64,000 nt of DNA, taken from assembly GCA_002269645.1 (NCBI GenBank), contig NIVC01002016.1, forward strand, positions 920 to 64,919. Direction: 5' to 3'. Below the pieces are notes generated by a model. The model ran no database searches and had not been told where the DNA came from. It saw only the letters and a list, made by a program, of their open reading frames with translations. The position numbers and the translations under genes are program-made. Shown here in pieces: positions 24,675-49,744 of the stretch. Position 1 is the stretch's first letter. The number at the start of each line of letters is the position of its first letter. Source of the stretch: Macrostomum lignano. Taxonomy: Eukaryota.

Positions 24675-25175
24675 TTCAGCCTCTGCCTTACCCTCTGCCT
24701 CACCCTCTGCCTCACCCTCTGCCTCACCCTCTGCCTCACCCTCTGCCTACCACTCTGCCTCACCCTCTGCTTCATCCTCTGTATCACCCTCTGTCTTACC
24801 CTCTGCCTCACCCTCTGCCTCACCCTCTGCCTCATCCTCTGCCTCATTCTCTGCCTCACCCTCTGTCTCATCTTTCGTCTCACCCTGTGCCTAACACTCT
24901 GCCTCAACCTCTGTCCCACCCTCTCTCTCTGTCACCTTCTGTCTCTCTTACCCTCTGTCTCTGTCCCCCTCTGTCTCTGTGACTCTCTGTGGCTCTTACC
25001 CTCTGTCTCTGTCACCTTCTGTCTCTCACCCTCTGTCTCCCTCTGCCTCTGTTACCCTCTGCCTCTGTCACTCTCTGTCTCTGTCCACCCTCTGTCTCTC
25101 ACCTCTGTCTCTCACCCTCTGTCTCTCACCCTCTGTCTCTCACCCTCTGTCTCTCACCCTCTGTCTCTCACCCTC
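24675..25175. repeat. 12-14-bp pyrimidine-rich repeat
   Basis: CACCCTCTGCCT / CACCCTCTGTCTCT. Confidence 0.9.
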
Positions 25176-25879
25176 TGCCTCTTCCTGTTCCTTTCACTCT
25201 CCATCAAGCAGCACTCACTCTAAAAAATCTGCGCTCTCTCACCCAGCCTCCTGCAGACTGAATGATGGAGGATTTCAGGCAGATTCTGCAGCCCTCCATC
25301 CCAGAGCTGTCACTCTAATAGTTCATAACAATAGCCATAGTTAGTCAGCATCGCATGCAGAGAACACGCTTACACTAGCGCTGCGCGGCTTAACCGCATC
25401 ATCACTCGTGCTCCAATGGGGGGCTTATCTATTTTATTTATCTATTTATTTATTTCTTGATGGCATCGAACCGCCCGAGCACAGGGAAGGGAGCGGCCTG
25501 GCTTGGATGAAGATAAATCACTTTCATTCCTGTTCGCATACTTTGCATAATAAATGCCCCACGCATCCGACACCCCCGCCTACCAGCCAAGATCTGGGAT
25601 CGGCAGGTTTTCTCAGGCAGAGGAAGGCAGAAATATGGTTTATCCCTATATATAGCCTCATGTAGAGCTTCGCACAAGTAATCCTTAGTTGAGCATAAGC
25701 TGGAGGCTGCATACGATGACACGTATTTTTTATTATTTAGAAACAGGTCACTTTCAATTTCCTGATCAATTTTTAAGATTTTGGCCTAGAATGTAACTAT
25801 TTTTTCTTTCTGTGAATTAAGAAGGCAAAGGTGGGGACACAGGGATCTGCTCTACGTTTCTCTACGTTTCTGAATCTCT

Positions 25880-27410
25880 CTCCCTGACCCTGGCCCTGAC
25901 TCTCTACCTGTCTCCTCCCGTCTCTCCCTGACTCTCTCCCTGACTCTCTCCCTGACTCTCTTCCTGACTCTCTTCCTGACTCTCTCCCTGACTCTCTCCC
26001 TGACTCTCTCCCTGACTCTCTCTCCCTGACTCTCTCCCTGACTCTCTCCCTGACTCTCTCCCTGACTCTCTCCCTGACTCTCTCTCCCTGACTCTCTCCC
26101 TGACTCTCTCCCTGACTCTCTCCCTGACTCTCTCTCCCTGACTCTCTCCCTGACTCTCTCCCTGACTCTCTCCCTGACTCTCTCCCTGACTCTCTTCCTT
26201 ACTCTCTTCCTGACTCTCTTCCTGACTCTCTCCCTGACTCTCTCCCTGACTCTCTCCCTGACTCTCTCCCTGACTCTCTCCCTGACTCTCTCCCTGACTC
26301 TCTCCCTGACTCTCTCCCTGACTCTCTCCCTGACTCTCTCCCTGACTCTCTTCCTGACTCTCTCCCTGACTCTCTCCCTGTCTCCTCACGTCTCTCTTTC
26401 ATCCTGACTCTCTCTCCCTGACTCTCCCTGACTATCTCCCTGACTCTCTCCCTGACTCTCTCCCTGACTCTCTTCCTGACTCTCTTCCTGACTCTCTCCC
26501 TGACTCTCTCCCTGACTCTCTCCCTGACTCTCTCTCCCTGACTCTCTCCCTGACTCTCTCCCTGACTCTCTCCCTGACTCTCTCCCTGACTCTCTCTCCC
26601 TGACTCTCTCCCTGACTCTCTCCCTGACTCTCTCCCTGACTCTCTCTCCCTGACTCTCTCCCTGACTCTCTCCCTGACTCTCTCCCTGACTCTCTCCCTG
26701 ACTCTCTTCCTTACTCTCTTCCTGACTCTCTTCCTGACTCTCTCCCTGACTCTCTCCCTGACTCTCTCCCTGACTCTCTCCCTGACTCTCTCCCTGACTC
26801 TCTCCCTGACTCTCTCCCTGACTCTCTCCCTGACTCTCTCCCTGACTCTCTCCCTGACTCTCTTCCTGACTCTCTCCCTGACTCTCTCCCTGTCTCCTCA
26901 CGTCTCTCTTTCATCCTGACTCTCTCTCCCTGACTCTCCCTGACTATCTCCCTGACTCTCTCCCTGACTCTCTCCCTGACTCTCTTCCTGACTCTCTCCC
27001 TGACTCTCTCCCTGACTCTCTCCCTGTCTCCTCACGTCTCTCTTTCATCCTGACTCTCTCTCCCTGACTCTCCCTGACTATCTCCCTGACTCTCTCCCTG
27101 ACTCTCTCCCTGACTCTCTCCCTGACTCTCTCCCTGACTCTCTCCCTGAATCTCTCCCTGACTCTCTCCCTGACTCTCTTCCTGACTCTCTCCCTGACTC
27201 TCTCCCTGACTCTCTTCCTGACTCTCTCCCTGATTCTCTCCCTGACTCTCTCACTGGCTCCTCCCGTCTTTATTTCATCCTGACTCTCACCCTGACTCTC
27301 CCCTGACTCTCACCCTGACTCTCGCTCTGACTCTCACCCTGACTCTCACCCTGACTCTCACCCTGACTCTCACCCTGACTCTCACGCTGACTCTCTCCCC
27401 GACTCTCTCT
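25880..27410. repeat. 12-bp minisatellite with a 512-bp internal duplication
   Basis: CTGACTCTCTCC unit; marker TCTCCTCACGTCTCTCTTTCATCC at 26381, 26893 and 27027. Confidence 0.95.
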
Positions 27411-28315
27411 TGTATCATATTTCCTTTTTCTCACTCTGACTCCCTCTTATTCATCCCATCTTACCCACTCTCTCACCCTGTCTCTCCCTATTAAATTTTA
27501 TTCCTCTAACACCATCTCGCTGTCTCTCTCACCCCCAGTTTCTCTATCCCAGTCTCCATCTCCATCTCACTCGGACTCACTTTTCTATCAGCGCTTCTTT
27601 CTATCCTTTGTCTTCAGCAAGGTTCTCTGTTGCTCAGTCTACCCCTAATCCCGTGTCTCGGCGGGCTTCTTTTGCACCATTAATTTTTCTACCCACCGCT
27701 TCTTCTTCTTCTTCTTCTTTTGGTTCTTCTCGCCGCCCTCTCTGTGCCGTTCCCCGCCCTCGATCAGTCATCTGCGAGTTAATGTCCCGGGAAGAAGAGC
27801 ACTAGTTGGTAGTCTGGCGGGCCGGTGGCGGCACAGGGCTGCGGCAGCTGCGTGGCCCGAGGGGACAAGTAGACAGTCGCCGCTGCTGCGGAACTTTTTT
27901 TTCGGGGAACATTTTCCCCCGTCTAAATATCCCCATCTATCCGCGCTATGGACGAGTTCAGCTGGTGAGGAAGGCAGGAAATGAGCGGCGGAGGATCTCT
28001 CTCGCGGCCGCTGCGGACCCATGAGCAGTTCGCCTTTTTTCGGACTCTCCCAGCTAAACTGTTTCCGCCGCCAGCTTCTGTCCAACTGACACCAGAGGAG
28101 GGCCGGGCAGTTGAGAGCAGTTGAAAAGTGCTCGCTGGTTACTGACTCGCTTCCTATGGGTTAATCCCCCTTCGAACTCGGCAGGTCGGTGCAGCAATTA
28201 GCAGTGGGATTGGGGCTGTCCCAATCCATGCTTATCGAGTGCCTCACAGAATAAGTGACTTTGCTAGGAGAATTTAGAGCGGCGAAATTTTGCAACGGTG
28301 CAATCTGAGTCGTTG

Positions 28316-31300
28316 CTACATCGCTGGGGGATTTACAACTGAGCTGAGATCGATGCCTTCTCCCAGTTTTGCATTGATCTGCTGTTTGGTGTCTGCAGCG
28401 ACTTCGCCTCTGAGTTCTGTCGTATTCTGTCGTAGTTCTGAGTTCAGTAGGTCACCGGTTGATTTTGTTCTGTCGTATCCTGTTAGCTAGATTAGCAATC
28501 CATAGAATAGATTAGCAATCCATTGAATAGATTAACAATCCATTGACTAGATTAGCAATCCATAGAATAGATTAGCAATACATTGAATAGATTAACAATC
28601 CATTGACTAGATTAGCTATCCATTGAATAGATTAACAATCCATTGACTAGATTAGCAAACCATAGAATAGATTAGCAATCCATTGAATAGATTAACAATC
28701 CATTGACTAGATTAGCTATCCATTGAATAGATTAACAATCCATTGACTAGATTAGCAATCCATAGAATAGATTAGCAATCCATTGAATAGATTAACAATC
28801 CATTGACTAGATTAGCTATCCATTGAATAGATTAACAATCCATTGACTAGATTAGCAATCCATACACTATATTATCAACCCATAGACTAGATTAGGAATC
28901 CATAGACTAGATTAGCTATCCATAAACTAGATTAGCAATCCATAGACTATATTATCAACCCATAGACTAGATTAGGAATCCATAGACTAGATTAGCTATC
29001 CATAAACTAGATTAGCAATCCATAGACTAGATTAGCAATCCATAGACTAGATTAGCTATCCATAAACTAGATTAGCAATCAATAGACTAGATTAGCTATC
29101 TATAGACTAGATTAGCTATCTATAGACTAGATTAGCTATCTATAGACTAGATTAGCTATCTATAGACTAGATTACCATGTAGCAATCTATAGACTAGATT
29201 ACCGGTAGCAATCTATAGACTAGATTACCGGTAGCAATCTATAGACTAGATTACCGGTAGCAATCTATAGACTAGATTACCGGTAGCAATTTATAGACTA
29301 GATTACCGGTAGCAATCTATAGACTAGATTACCGGTAGCAATTTATAGACTAGATTACCGGTAGCAATCTATAGACTAGATTACCGGTAGCAATCTATAG
29401 ACTAGATTACCGGTAGCAATCTATAGACTAGATTACCGGTAGCAATCTATAGACTAGATTACCGGTAGCAATCTATAGACTAGATTACCGGTAGCAATTT
29501 ATAGACTAGATTACCGGTAGCAATCTATAGACTAGATTACCGGTAGCAATCTATAGACTAGATTACCGGTAGCAATCTATAGACTAGATTACCGGTAGCA
29601 ATCTATAGACTAGATTACCGGTAGCAATCTATAGACTAGATTACCGGTAGCAATCTATAGACTAGATTACCGGTAGCAATCTATAGACTAGATTACCGGT
29701 AGCAATCTTTAGACTAGATTACCGGTAGCAATCTATAGACTAGATTACCGGTAGCAATCTATAGACTAGATTACCGGTAGCAATCTATAGACTAGATTAC
29801 CGGTAGCAATTTATAGACTAGATTACCGGTAGCAATCTATAGACTAGATTACCGGTAGCAATTTATAGACTAGATTACCGGTAGCAATCTATAGACTAGA
29901 TTACCGGTAGCAATCTATAGACTAGATTACCGGTAGCAATCTATAGACTAGATTACCGGTAGCAATCTATAGACTAGATTACCGGTAGCAATCTATAGAC
30001 TAGATTACCGGTAGCAATTTATAGACTAGATTACCGGTAGCAATCTATAGACTAGATTACCGGTAGCAATCTATAGACTAGATTACCGGTAGCAATCTAT
30101 AGACTAGATTACCGGTAGCAATCTATAGACTAGATTACCGGTAGCAATCTATAGACTAGATTACCGGTAGCAATCTATAGACTAGATTACCGGTAGCAAT
30201 CTATAGACTAGATTACCGGTAGCAATCTTTAGACTAGATTACCGGTAGCAATCTATAGACTAGATTACCGGTAGCAATCTATAGACTAGATTACCGGTAG
30301 CAATCTATAGACTAGATTACCGGTAGCAATTTATAGACTAGATTACCGGTAGCAATCTATAGACTAGATTACCGGTAGCAATCTATAGACTAGGTTAGTA
30401 AAGGATTTTACTTTCCAGGCGGATGCAACACAGTTACCTATCAGAAAAGCACGCGTTAACACCCGCTTGTCCCCTCAACTCGGACAAGAAGCTCTCTGTA
30501 AATCATAAATCTCAATGACCTTGTACTGTACCCGAACAGTTTTGTTTCCAATGGGAAGGAAGCTTGAAAGCGGCAAAAGCGATTTCCAGGGCCAGCAGTT
30601 GGAAAAACCGGCATGAGGGTGCATAAATCAGAGCGGAGCGAGACTGGGGCAAGGTCCAGCATCTTTTTAGAATTTTTTGAAGAATTTTAGCGGCATCCTT
30701 TGTTAAACTGGAGCTGTAGCAAGATCCAGAACTGGAGCAGCAACTCATCGACAACTCACCAGCCATTTTCAGTTTCGCGCACAAAAGGCTACAAATAAAC
30801 AAACTACTAATAAAAAGAGTCCTACGTATACAAGTAAACAAGAAACTAAAAATAGAAAAAAAGCTACAAATTAATAAAAGCCTTCAATAAACAAAGAACT
30901 AGAAATAGACAAAAAAACAAATAAACTACAAATAAACAAAACCTACAAACAACTACAAATAAAAATAAATCAAAGCACAAAACTGAAAAAAATACCATAC
31001 GGAAAAATTATTCAAGCATAAGCCAGATTACAAATCCATAGACTAAATTAGCAATCCATATAGAATAGATTAGCAATCCATATAGAATCGATTAGCAATC
31101 CATATAGAATCGATTAGCAATCCATATAGAATAGATTAGCAATCCATATAGAATAGATTAGCAATCCATATAGAATAGATTAGCAATCCATATAGAATAG
31201 ATTAGCAATCCATATAGAATCGATTAGCAATCCATATAGAATAGATTAGCAATCCATATAGAATAGATTAGCAATCCATATAGAATAGATTAGCAATCCA

Positions 31301-34300
31301 TATAGAATAGATTAGCAATCCATATAGAATAGATTAGCAATCCATATAGAATCGATTAGCAATCCATATAGAATAGATTAGCAATCCATATAGAATAGAT
31401 TAGCAATCCATATAGAATATATTAGCAATCCATATAGAATAGATTAGCAATCCATATAGAATCGATTAGCAATCCATATAGAATAGATTAGCAATCCATA
31501 TAGAATAGATTAGCAATCCATATAGAATAGATTAGCAATCCATATAGAATAGATTAGCAATCCATATAGAATAGATTAGCAATCCATATAGAATAGATTA
31601 GCAATCCATATAGAATAGATTAGCAATCCATATAGAATAGATTAGCAATCCATATAGAATAGATTAGCAATCCATATAGAATAGATTAGCAATCCATATA
31701 GAATAGATTAGCAATCCATATAGAATATATTAGCAATCCATATAGAATAGATTAGCAATCCATATAGAATCGATTAGCAATCCATATAGAATAGATTAGC
31801 AATCCATATAGAATAGATTAGCAATCCATATAGAATAGATTAGCAATCCATATAGAATAGATTAGCAATCCATATAGAATAGATTAGCAATCCATATAGA
31901 ATAGATTAGCAATCCATATAGAATAGATTAGCAATCCATATAGAATAGATTAGCAATACATATAGAATAGATTAGCAATCCATATAGAATAGATTAGCAA
32001 TCCATATAGAATAGATTAGCAATCCATATAGAATAGATTAGCAATCCATATAGAATAGATTAGCAATCCATATAGAATAGATTAGCAATCCATATAGAAT
32101 AGATTAGCAATCCATATAGAATATATTAGCAATCCATATAGAATAGATTAACAATCTATATAGAATAGATTAGCAATCCATATAGAATAGATTAGCAATC
32201 CATATAGAATAGATTAGCAATCCATATAGAATAGATTAGCAATCCATATAGAATAGATTAACAATCTATATAGAATAGATTAGCAATCCATATAGAATAG
32301 ATTAGCAATCCATATAGAATAGATTAGCAATCCATATAGAATAGATTCGCAATCCATATAGAATGGATTAGCAATCCATATAGAATAGATTAGCAATCCA
32401 TATAGAATAGATTAGCAATCCATATAGAATGGATTAGCAATCCATATAGAATAGATTAGCAATCCATATAGAATAGATTAGCAATCCACATAGAATAGAT
32501 TAGCAATCCATATAGAATAGATTAGCAATCCATATAGAATAGATTAGCAATCCATATAGAACAGATTAACAATCTATATAGAATAGATTAGCAATCCATA
32601 TAGAATAGATTAGCAATCCATATAGACTAGATTAGCAATCCATATAGACTAGTTTAGAAATCCATATAGAATAGATTAGCAATCCATATAGAATAGATTA
32701 GCAATCCATATAGAATAGATTAGCAATCCAAATAGAATAGATTAGCAATCCATATAGAATAGATTAGCAATCCATATAGAATAGATTAGCAATCCATATA
32801 GAATAGATTAGCAATCCATATAGAATAGATTAGCAATCCATATAGAATAGATTAGCAATCCAAATAGAATAGATTAGCAATCCATATTTTGCCGTTTGAA
32901 TTAAGACCAAGTTTATAAAAAAAGCTGCTCAATTGAACCAAATTTATGGTAAATTTAGCAACAGGAGCTACAATTGAAGAAAGCCGCCTAAGTTGCCTTT
33001 CTTTTGAGTGCAAAACTGAACTACAGTAAACCTACGGTTGTCTGAAAATGCTGAGTTGAGGGGGGGTGAGTTGTCACTCCACGTCTTGCTTCTGGGCGTC
33101 GGACGGCAGTGGGAGAGTGGGATTGAAAGCGTGTCGAGCAGCTTAAGTTGAGAGGCTCTATAAGAAGCTTTCCGCGTAGGGATTCTGTGCTGTCGGGATT
33201 CTGTGCTTCATAGTTGTTCTTCAATTCATAGATATACTCAGTCTCACTCGCGTCTTGCTAAGAAGTTTTCTCACGCTTTTAAATGAAGACTTATCAAGAC
33301 ACGGCCTCACTCTGCTGTTCTGAATTTCACATTTCACAATATGAAATAGCAGTTGGGGTTGTGAAATCGGGGCAGTTGGGGTGCAAAGCTTGGGGTGTGA
33401 AGTTTGGGATTTGGAAGTTTAGGGATGTGAAATTTGGGGATGTGAAGTTTGGAGGTGTGAAGTTTGGAGGTGTGAAGTTTGAAGATGTGAATTTGGGGAT
33501 GTGAAGTTTGAAGATGTGAAGTTTGAGGATGTGAAGTTTGGGGTGTGAAGTTTGGGGGTGTGAAGTTTGGAGATTTGAAGTTTGAGTATGTGAAGTTCGG
33601 GGATGTGAAGTTTGGAGGTGTGAAGTTCGGGGATGTGAAGTTCGGGGATGTGAAGGTTGGGGATGTGAAGGTTGGGGATGTGAAGTTTGGGTTTGTGAAG
33701 TTTGGGGGATGTGAAGTTCGGGGATGTGAAGTTTGGAGGTGTGAAGTTTGAGGATGTGAAGTTTGTGGCATGAAGTTCGGGGATGTGAAGGTTGGGGATG
33801 TGAAGTTCGGGGATGTGAAGGTTGGGGATGTGAAGTTTGGGTTTGTGAAGTTTGGGGGATGTGAAGTTCGGGGATGTGAAGTTTGGAGGTGTGAAGTTGG
33901 AGTATGTGAAGTTTGTGGCATGAAGTTCGGGGATGTGAAGTTCGGGGATGTGAAGGTTGGGGATGTGAAGTTTGGGTTTGTGAAGTTTGGGGGATGTGAA
34001 GTTCGGGGATGTGAAGTTTGGAGGTGTGAATTTTGAGGATGTGAAGTTTGTGGTATGAAGTTCGGGGATGTGAAGGTTGGGGATGTGAAGTTCGGGGATG
34101 TGAAGGTTTGGGATGTGAAGTTTGGGTTTGTGAAGTTTGGGGGATGTGAAGTTCGGGGATGTGAAGTTTGGAGGTGTGAAGTTTGAGGATGTGAAGTTTG
34201 TGGCATGAAGTTCGGGGATGTGAAGTTCGGGGATGTGAAGGTTGGGGATGTGAAGTTTGGGTTTGTGAAGTTTGGGGTGTGAAGTTTGGGGTGTGAAGTT

Positions 34301-34542
34301 TGGGGATGTGAATTTTAGGGATGTAAAGCTTGATTGATACTAAGTCGTGAACGTGAGGGATAGGGCGTGGGCGTGAAAGGTTCCCATTTTCACGCAGGCT
34401 GCCCGCCCTCTGGTCTGCTTGTTTCTGGCCGACGGAGTAAGCGAGTGAGGTGCAAGCAATATTTCATTGATTGGCCATTCGGAACAATTCTTATCTGGCC
34501 TGATATGGGCGGCCAGCTTCAAAGCTGTTTTGGTCGTAAATT
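28316..34542 (-). CDS. Unidentified multi-exon gene: exons 34542-34394, 33257-33036, 30788-30760, 30713-30532, 30495-30438, 28469-~28316
   Basis: All five junctions are GT-AG and phase-consistent, giving one frame: EFTTKTALKL...RAAC|QDASETEYIYELKNNY...FQTT|PFVRETENGC|SSLTKDAAKILQKILKRCW...KQNCS|ESFLSELRGQAGVNACFSD|RTKSTGDLLNSELRQNTTELRGEVAADTKQQINAKLGEGIDLSSV. Assembled by hand; ends uncertain; no family recognised. Confidence 0.45.
28487..30390 (-). repeat. Compound minisatellite: 20-bp units (28487-29170) then a 26-bp derivative (29170-30390)
   Basis: TAGATTAGCAATCCATAGAC becomes TAGATTACCGGTAGCAATCTATAGAC (about 47 copies). Confidence 0.97.
31025..32887 (-). repeat. 22-bp minisatellite with the same core, about 84 copies
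   Basis: GAATAGATTAGCAATCCATATA, highly homogeneous. Confidence 0.97.
33395..34325. repeat. 14-15-bp minisatellite
   Basis: GTGAAGTTTGGGGAT variants. Confidence 0.95.
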
Positions 34543-34764
34543 CTGTAATGTGTGACAAAGTGTTGGGGTCACGAAGGCAGTTTGACCTCCTCCTTTGCGT
34601 GTGGCAATATATCCAAGCACTGGGGATTTGGTTTCAGAGCGATAGTATCTGTATTAGTAGTGTCTTACGGTTTTTAAATAAGTGCCAGATATGACTAAAT
34701 AAAGTGTCAGATAGCGCCGCAATAAGTGTCAGATAGTGCTGACATAGATGTCAGATGCAAGGAC

Positions 34765-35314
34765 TACCTAAGTAGATGGACTGGAAACCTCATTTCTTGG
34801 AAAACTTTTGAAGGCAGGTTTTTCCAAAGAAATACACTACGGAGATAGGAAGTTTTCATTTTTCAGCACAAAAAATGTTATTGCTTTCGATAGGAGGCAG
34901 ACCAAATGTTCATCTTTTGATAAGTTGTGCCTTTGTTATAGCTCTATTGATATTAATAAAGCTTTTGTTTAAAAAATTAGGATTATATGTTAGCTTTTTA
35001 TTCTACGTACATTCCCTGTACCTAAAAATCATAAAAATGCTATATTAATGATTTTTATAGGCACAGGACATGCAAATGTACGTAGAAAAAAATAACATAG
35101 AATCCTAATTTTCTGAACGAAAAGTTTTTGAAAATATCAATATAGCTATTAGAAAGGCAAAATATATTCAAAGATGAACACTGGGGTCTGCCTCCTATCA
35201 AAAGCAATAACAATTATTGTGCTGAAAAAATGAAACTTCCAATCTCCGTAGTGCATTTTTCTGCGAAAACCAGCCTTTTAAATATTTTCTAAGAAACGTC
35301 CTTCTACTTGAGTA
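34765..35314. mobile_element. About 550-bp imperfect palindrome (MITE/foldback-like)
   Basis: Left arm ...CACTACGGAGATAGGAAGTTTTCATTTTTCAGCACAAAAAATGTTATTGCTTTCGATAGGAGGCAGACC... matches the reverse complement of the right arm ...GGTCTGCCTCCTATCAAAAGCAATAACAATTATTGTGCTGAAAAAATGAAACTTCCAATCTCCGTAGTG.... Centre near 35040; TA at both ends; no ORF. Confidence 0.7.
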
Positions 35315-35317
35315 CTT

Positions 35318-35965
35318 AAGCTGTCAGATGGTACTGAAGTAGGTGTCAGATGGTACTGAAGTAGGTGTCAGATGGTACTCAAGTAGCTGTCAGATGGTAC
35401 TGAAGTAGCTGTCAGATGGTATTGAAGTAGCTGTCAGATGGTATTGAAGTAGCTGTCAGATGGTATTGAAGTAGCTGTCAGATGGATTGAAGTAGGTGTC
35501 AGATGGTACTGAAGTAGGTGTCAGATGGTACTGAAGTAGGTGTCAGATGGTACTCAAGTAGCTGTCAGATGGTACTGAAGTAGCTGTCAGATGGTATTGA
35601 AGTAGCTGTCAGATGGTATTGAAGTAGCTGTCAGATGGTATTGAAGTAGGTGTCAGATGGATTGAAGTAGGTGTCAGATGGTACTGAAGTAGGTGTCAGA
35701 TGGTACTGAAGTAGGTGTCAGATGGTACTCAAGTAGCTGTCAGATGGTACTGAAGTAGCTGCCAGATGATACTGAAGTAGCTGTCAGATGGTACTGAAGT
35801 AGCTGTCAGATGGTATTGAAGTAGATGTCCGATGTTAATTGAATTAAATATTAGATGGTACTGAAGTAGGTGTCAGATGGTACTGAAGTAGATGTCAGAT
35901 GGTGCTGAAGTAGCTGTCAGATGGTACTGAAGTAGCTGTCAGATGATACTGAAGTAGATGTCAAC
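35318..35965. repeat. 22-bp minisatellite
   Basis: GTCAGATGGTACTGAAGTAG(C/G)T. Confidence 0.95.
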
Positions 35966-36131
35966 GCTAGAGTAGGTGTCAGGAGTGTACAAGCTTCTTT
36001 ACTTTTCTGGATAGCAGCTTGGTACGACCTAAAGTGAATTCAAATTCTTCCCTTGCTACTGTTGAGTAGGCTATCACCGTTATCCGCAAATTATCCCCCA
36101 GCCTCCGCCGCCCACCGCCCCCGTCAGCAGG

Positions 36132-48732
<12,601 letters not shown>

Positions 48733-48924
48733 TTGCTTCAATCTCTATTGAGGCTTGTTAACAAGTCTTTGTCTGGGCAATCAAATACGCTAACTTCTGG
48801 TTATTTTTATACGGACCTTTAAATTAGTGAATGAGTTCTCAAGAACTGGTGAATCAGTTCACAAGTTTTAAAGTCAGATAATCATTGGTGAATGAGGTCA
48901 AAATATTTGGTAAATAAGTGCACA

Positions 48925-49292
48925 ACAGTGGGTGAGTGAGTTCACGACAGAGGGTGGGTGAGTTCACGACAGTTGGTGGGTGAGTTCACGATAGTGGGTG
49001 AATGAGTTTACGACAGTGGGTGAATGAGTGCACGACAGTGGGTGAATGAGTGCACGACAGTGGGTGAATGAGTGCACGACAGTGGGTGAGTGAGTGCACG
49101 ACAGTGGGTGAATGAGTGCACGACAGTGGGTGAATGAGTGCACGACAGTGGGTGAATGAGTGCACGACAGTGGGTGAATGAGTGCACGACAGTGGGTGAA
49201 TGAGTGCACGACAGTGGGTGAATGAGTGCACGACAGTGGGTGAATGAGTGCACGACAGTGGGTGAATGAGTGCACGACAGTGGGTGAATGAA
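48925..49292. repeat. 22-bp minisatellite about 200 bp after the PKG stop
   Basis: CACGACAGTGGGTGAATGAGTG. Confidence 0.95.
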
Positions 49293-49744
49293 TGCACTTT
49301 CCATGCGCACATTCGGACAAGTGATTTTTCGACAGCCGAAATCAATTTAACTAACTTCTTCAAACAGCCAACCATTCATTGGATAAATTTTGTTTCTTGT
49401 CAGAGTTGCGATTGCGAATTTTTGCGGCCTGAGACGAATTCTATTACTAAGAAGTAGTCAATTACTCATCTACACTGCTGTAAATACTCTAGTAAAATAA
49501 TTTGATATTCATCTTTAGTTTCTAAGTGTCATTTAAATTTAAATTTTAGCTTTATCTTTCTTTTCAATACATTTGCATTGTTGTAGGGGTAATCAAGTTT
49601 AATGGAAAATTAAATAATCTGCTAAAATTAACAGACGAGCTGATCTAGTATATAATAAACAAGCGCAGCAACATTTAAATCGTCTTCTAAGTACAAAAAA
49701 AACTTTTCTAGGAATAATAATAAATTTTCTCTTTTCCGTGCTCT

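Noticed and set aside
2993-32887. CRISPR-like appearance of regularly spaced, partly palindromic repeats
   Set aside because: There are no unique spacers between repeats and no cas genes, and the context is eukaryotic and intron-rich.
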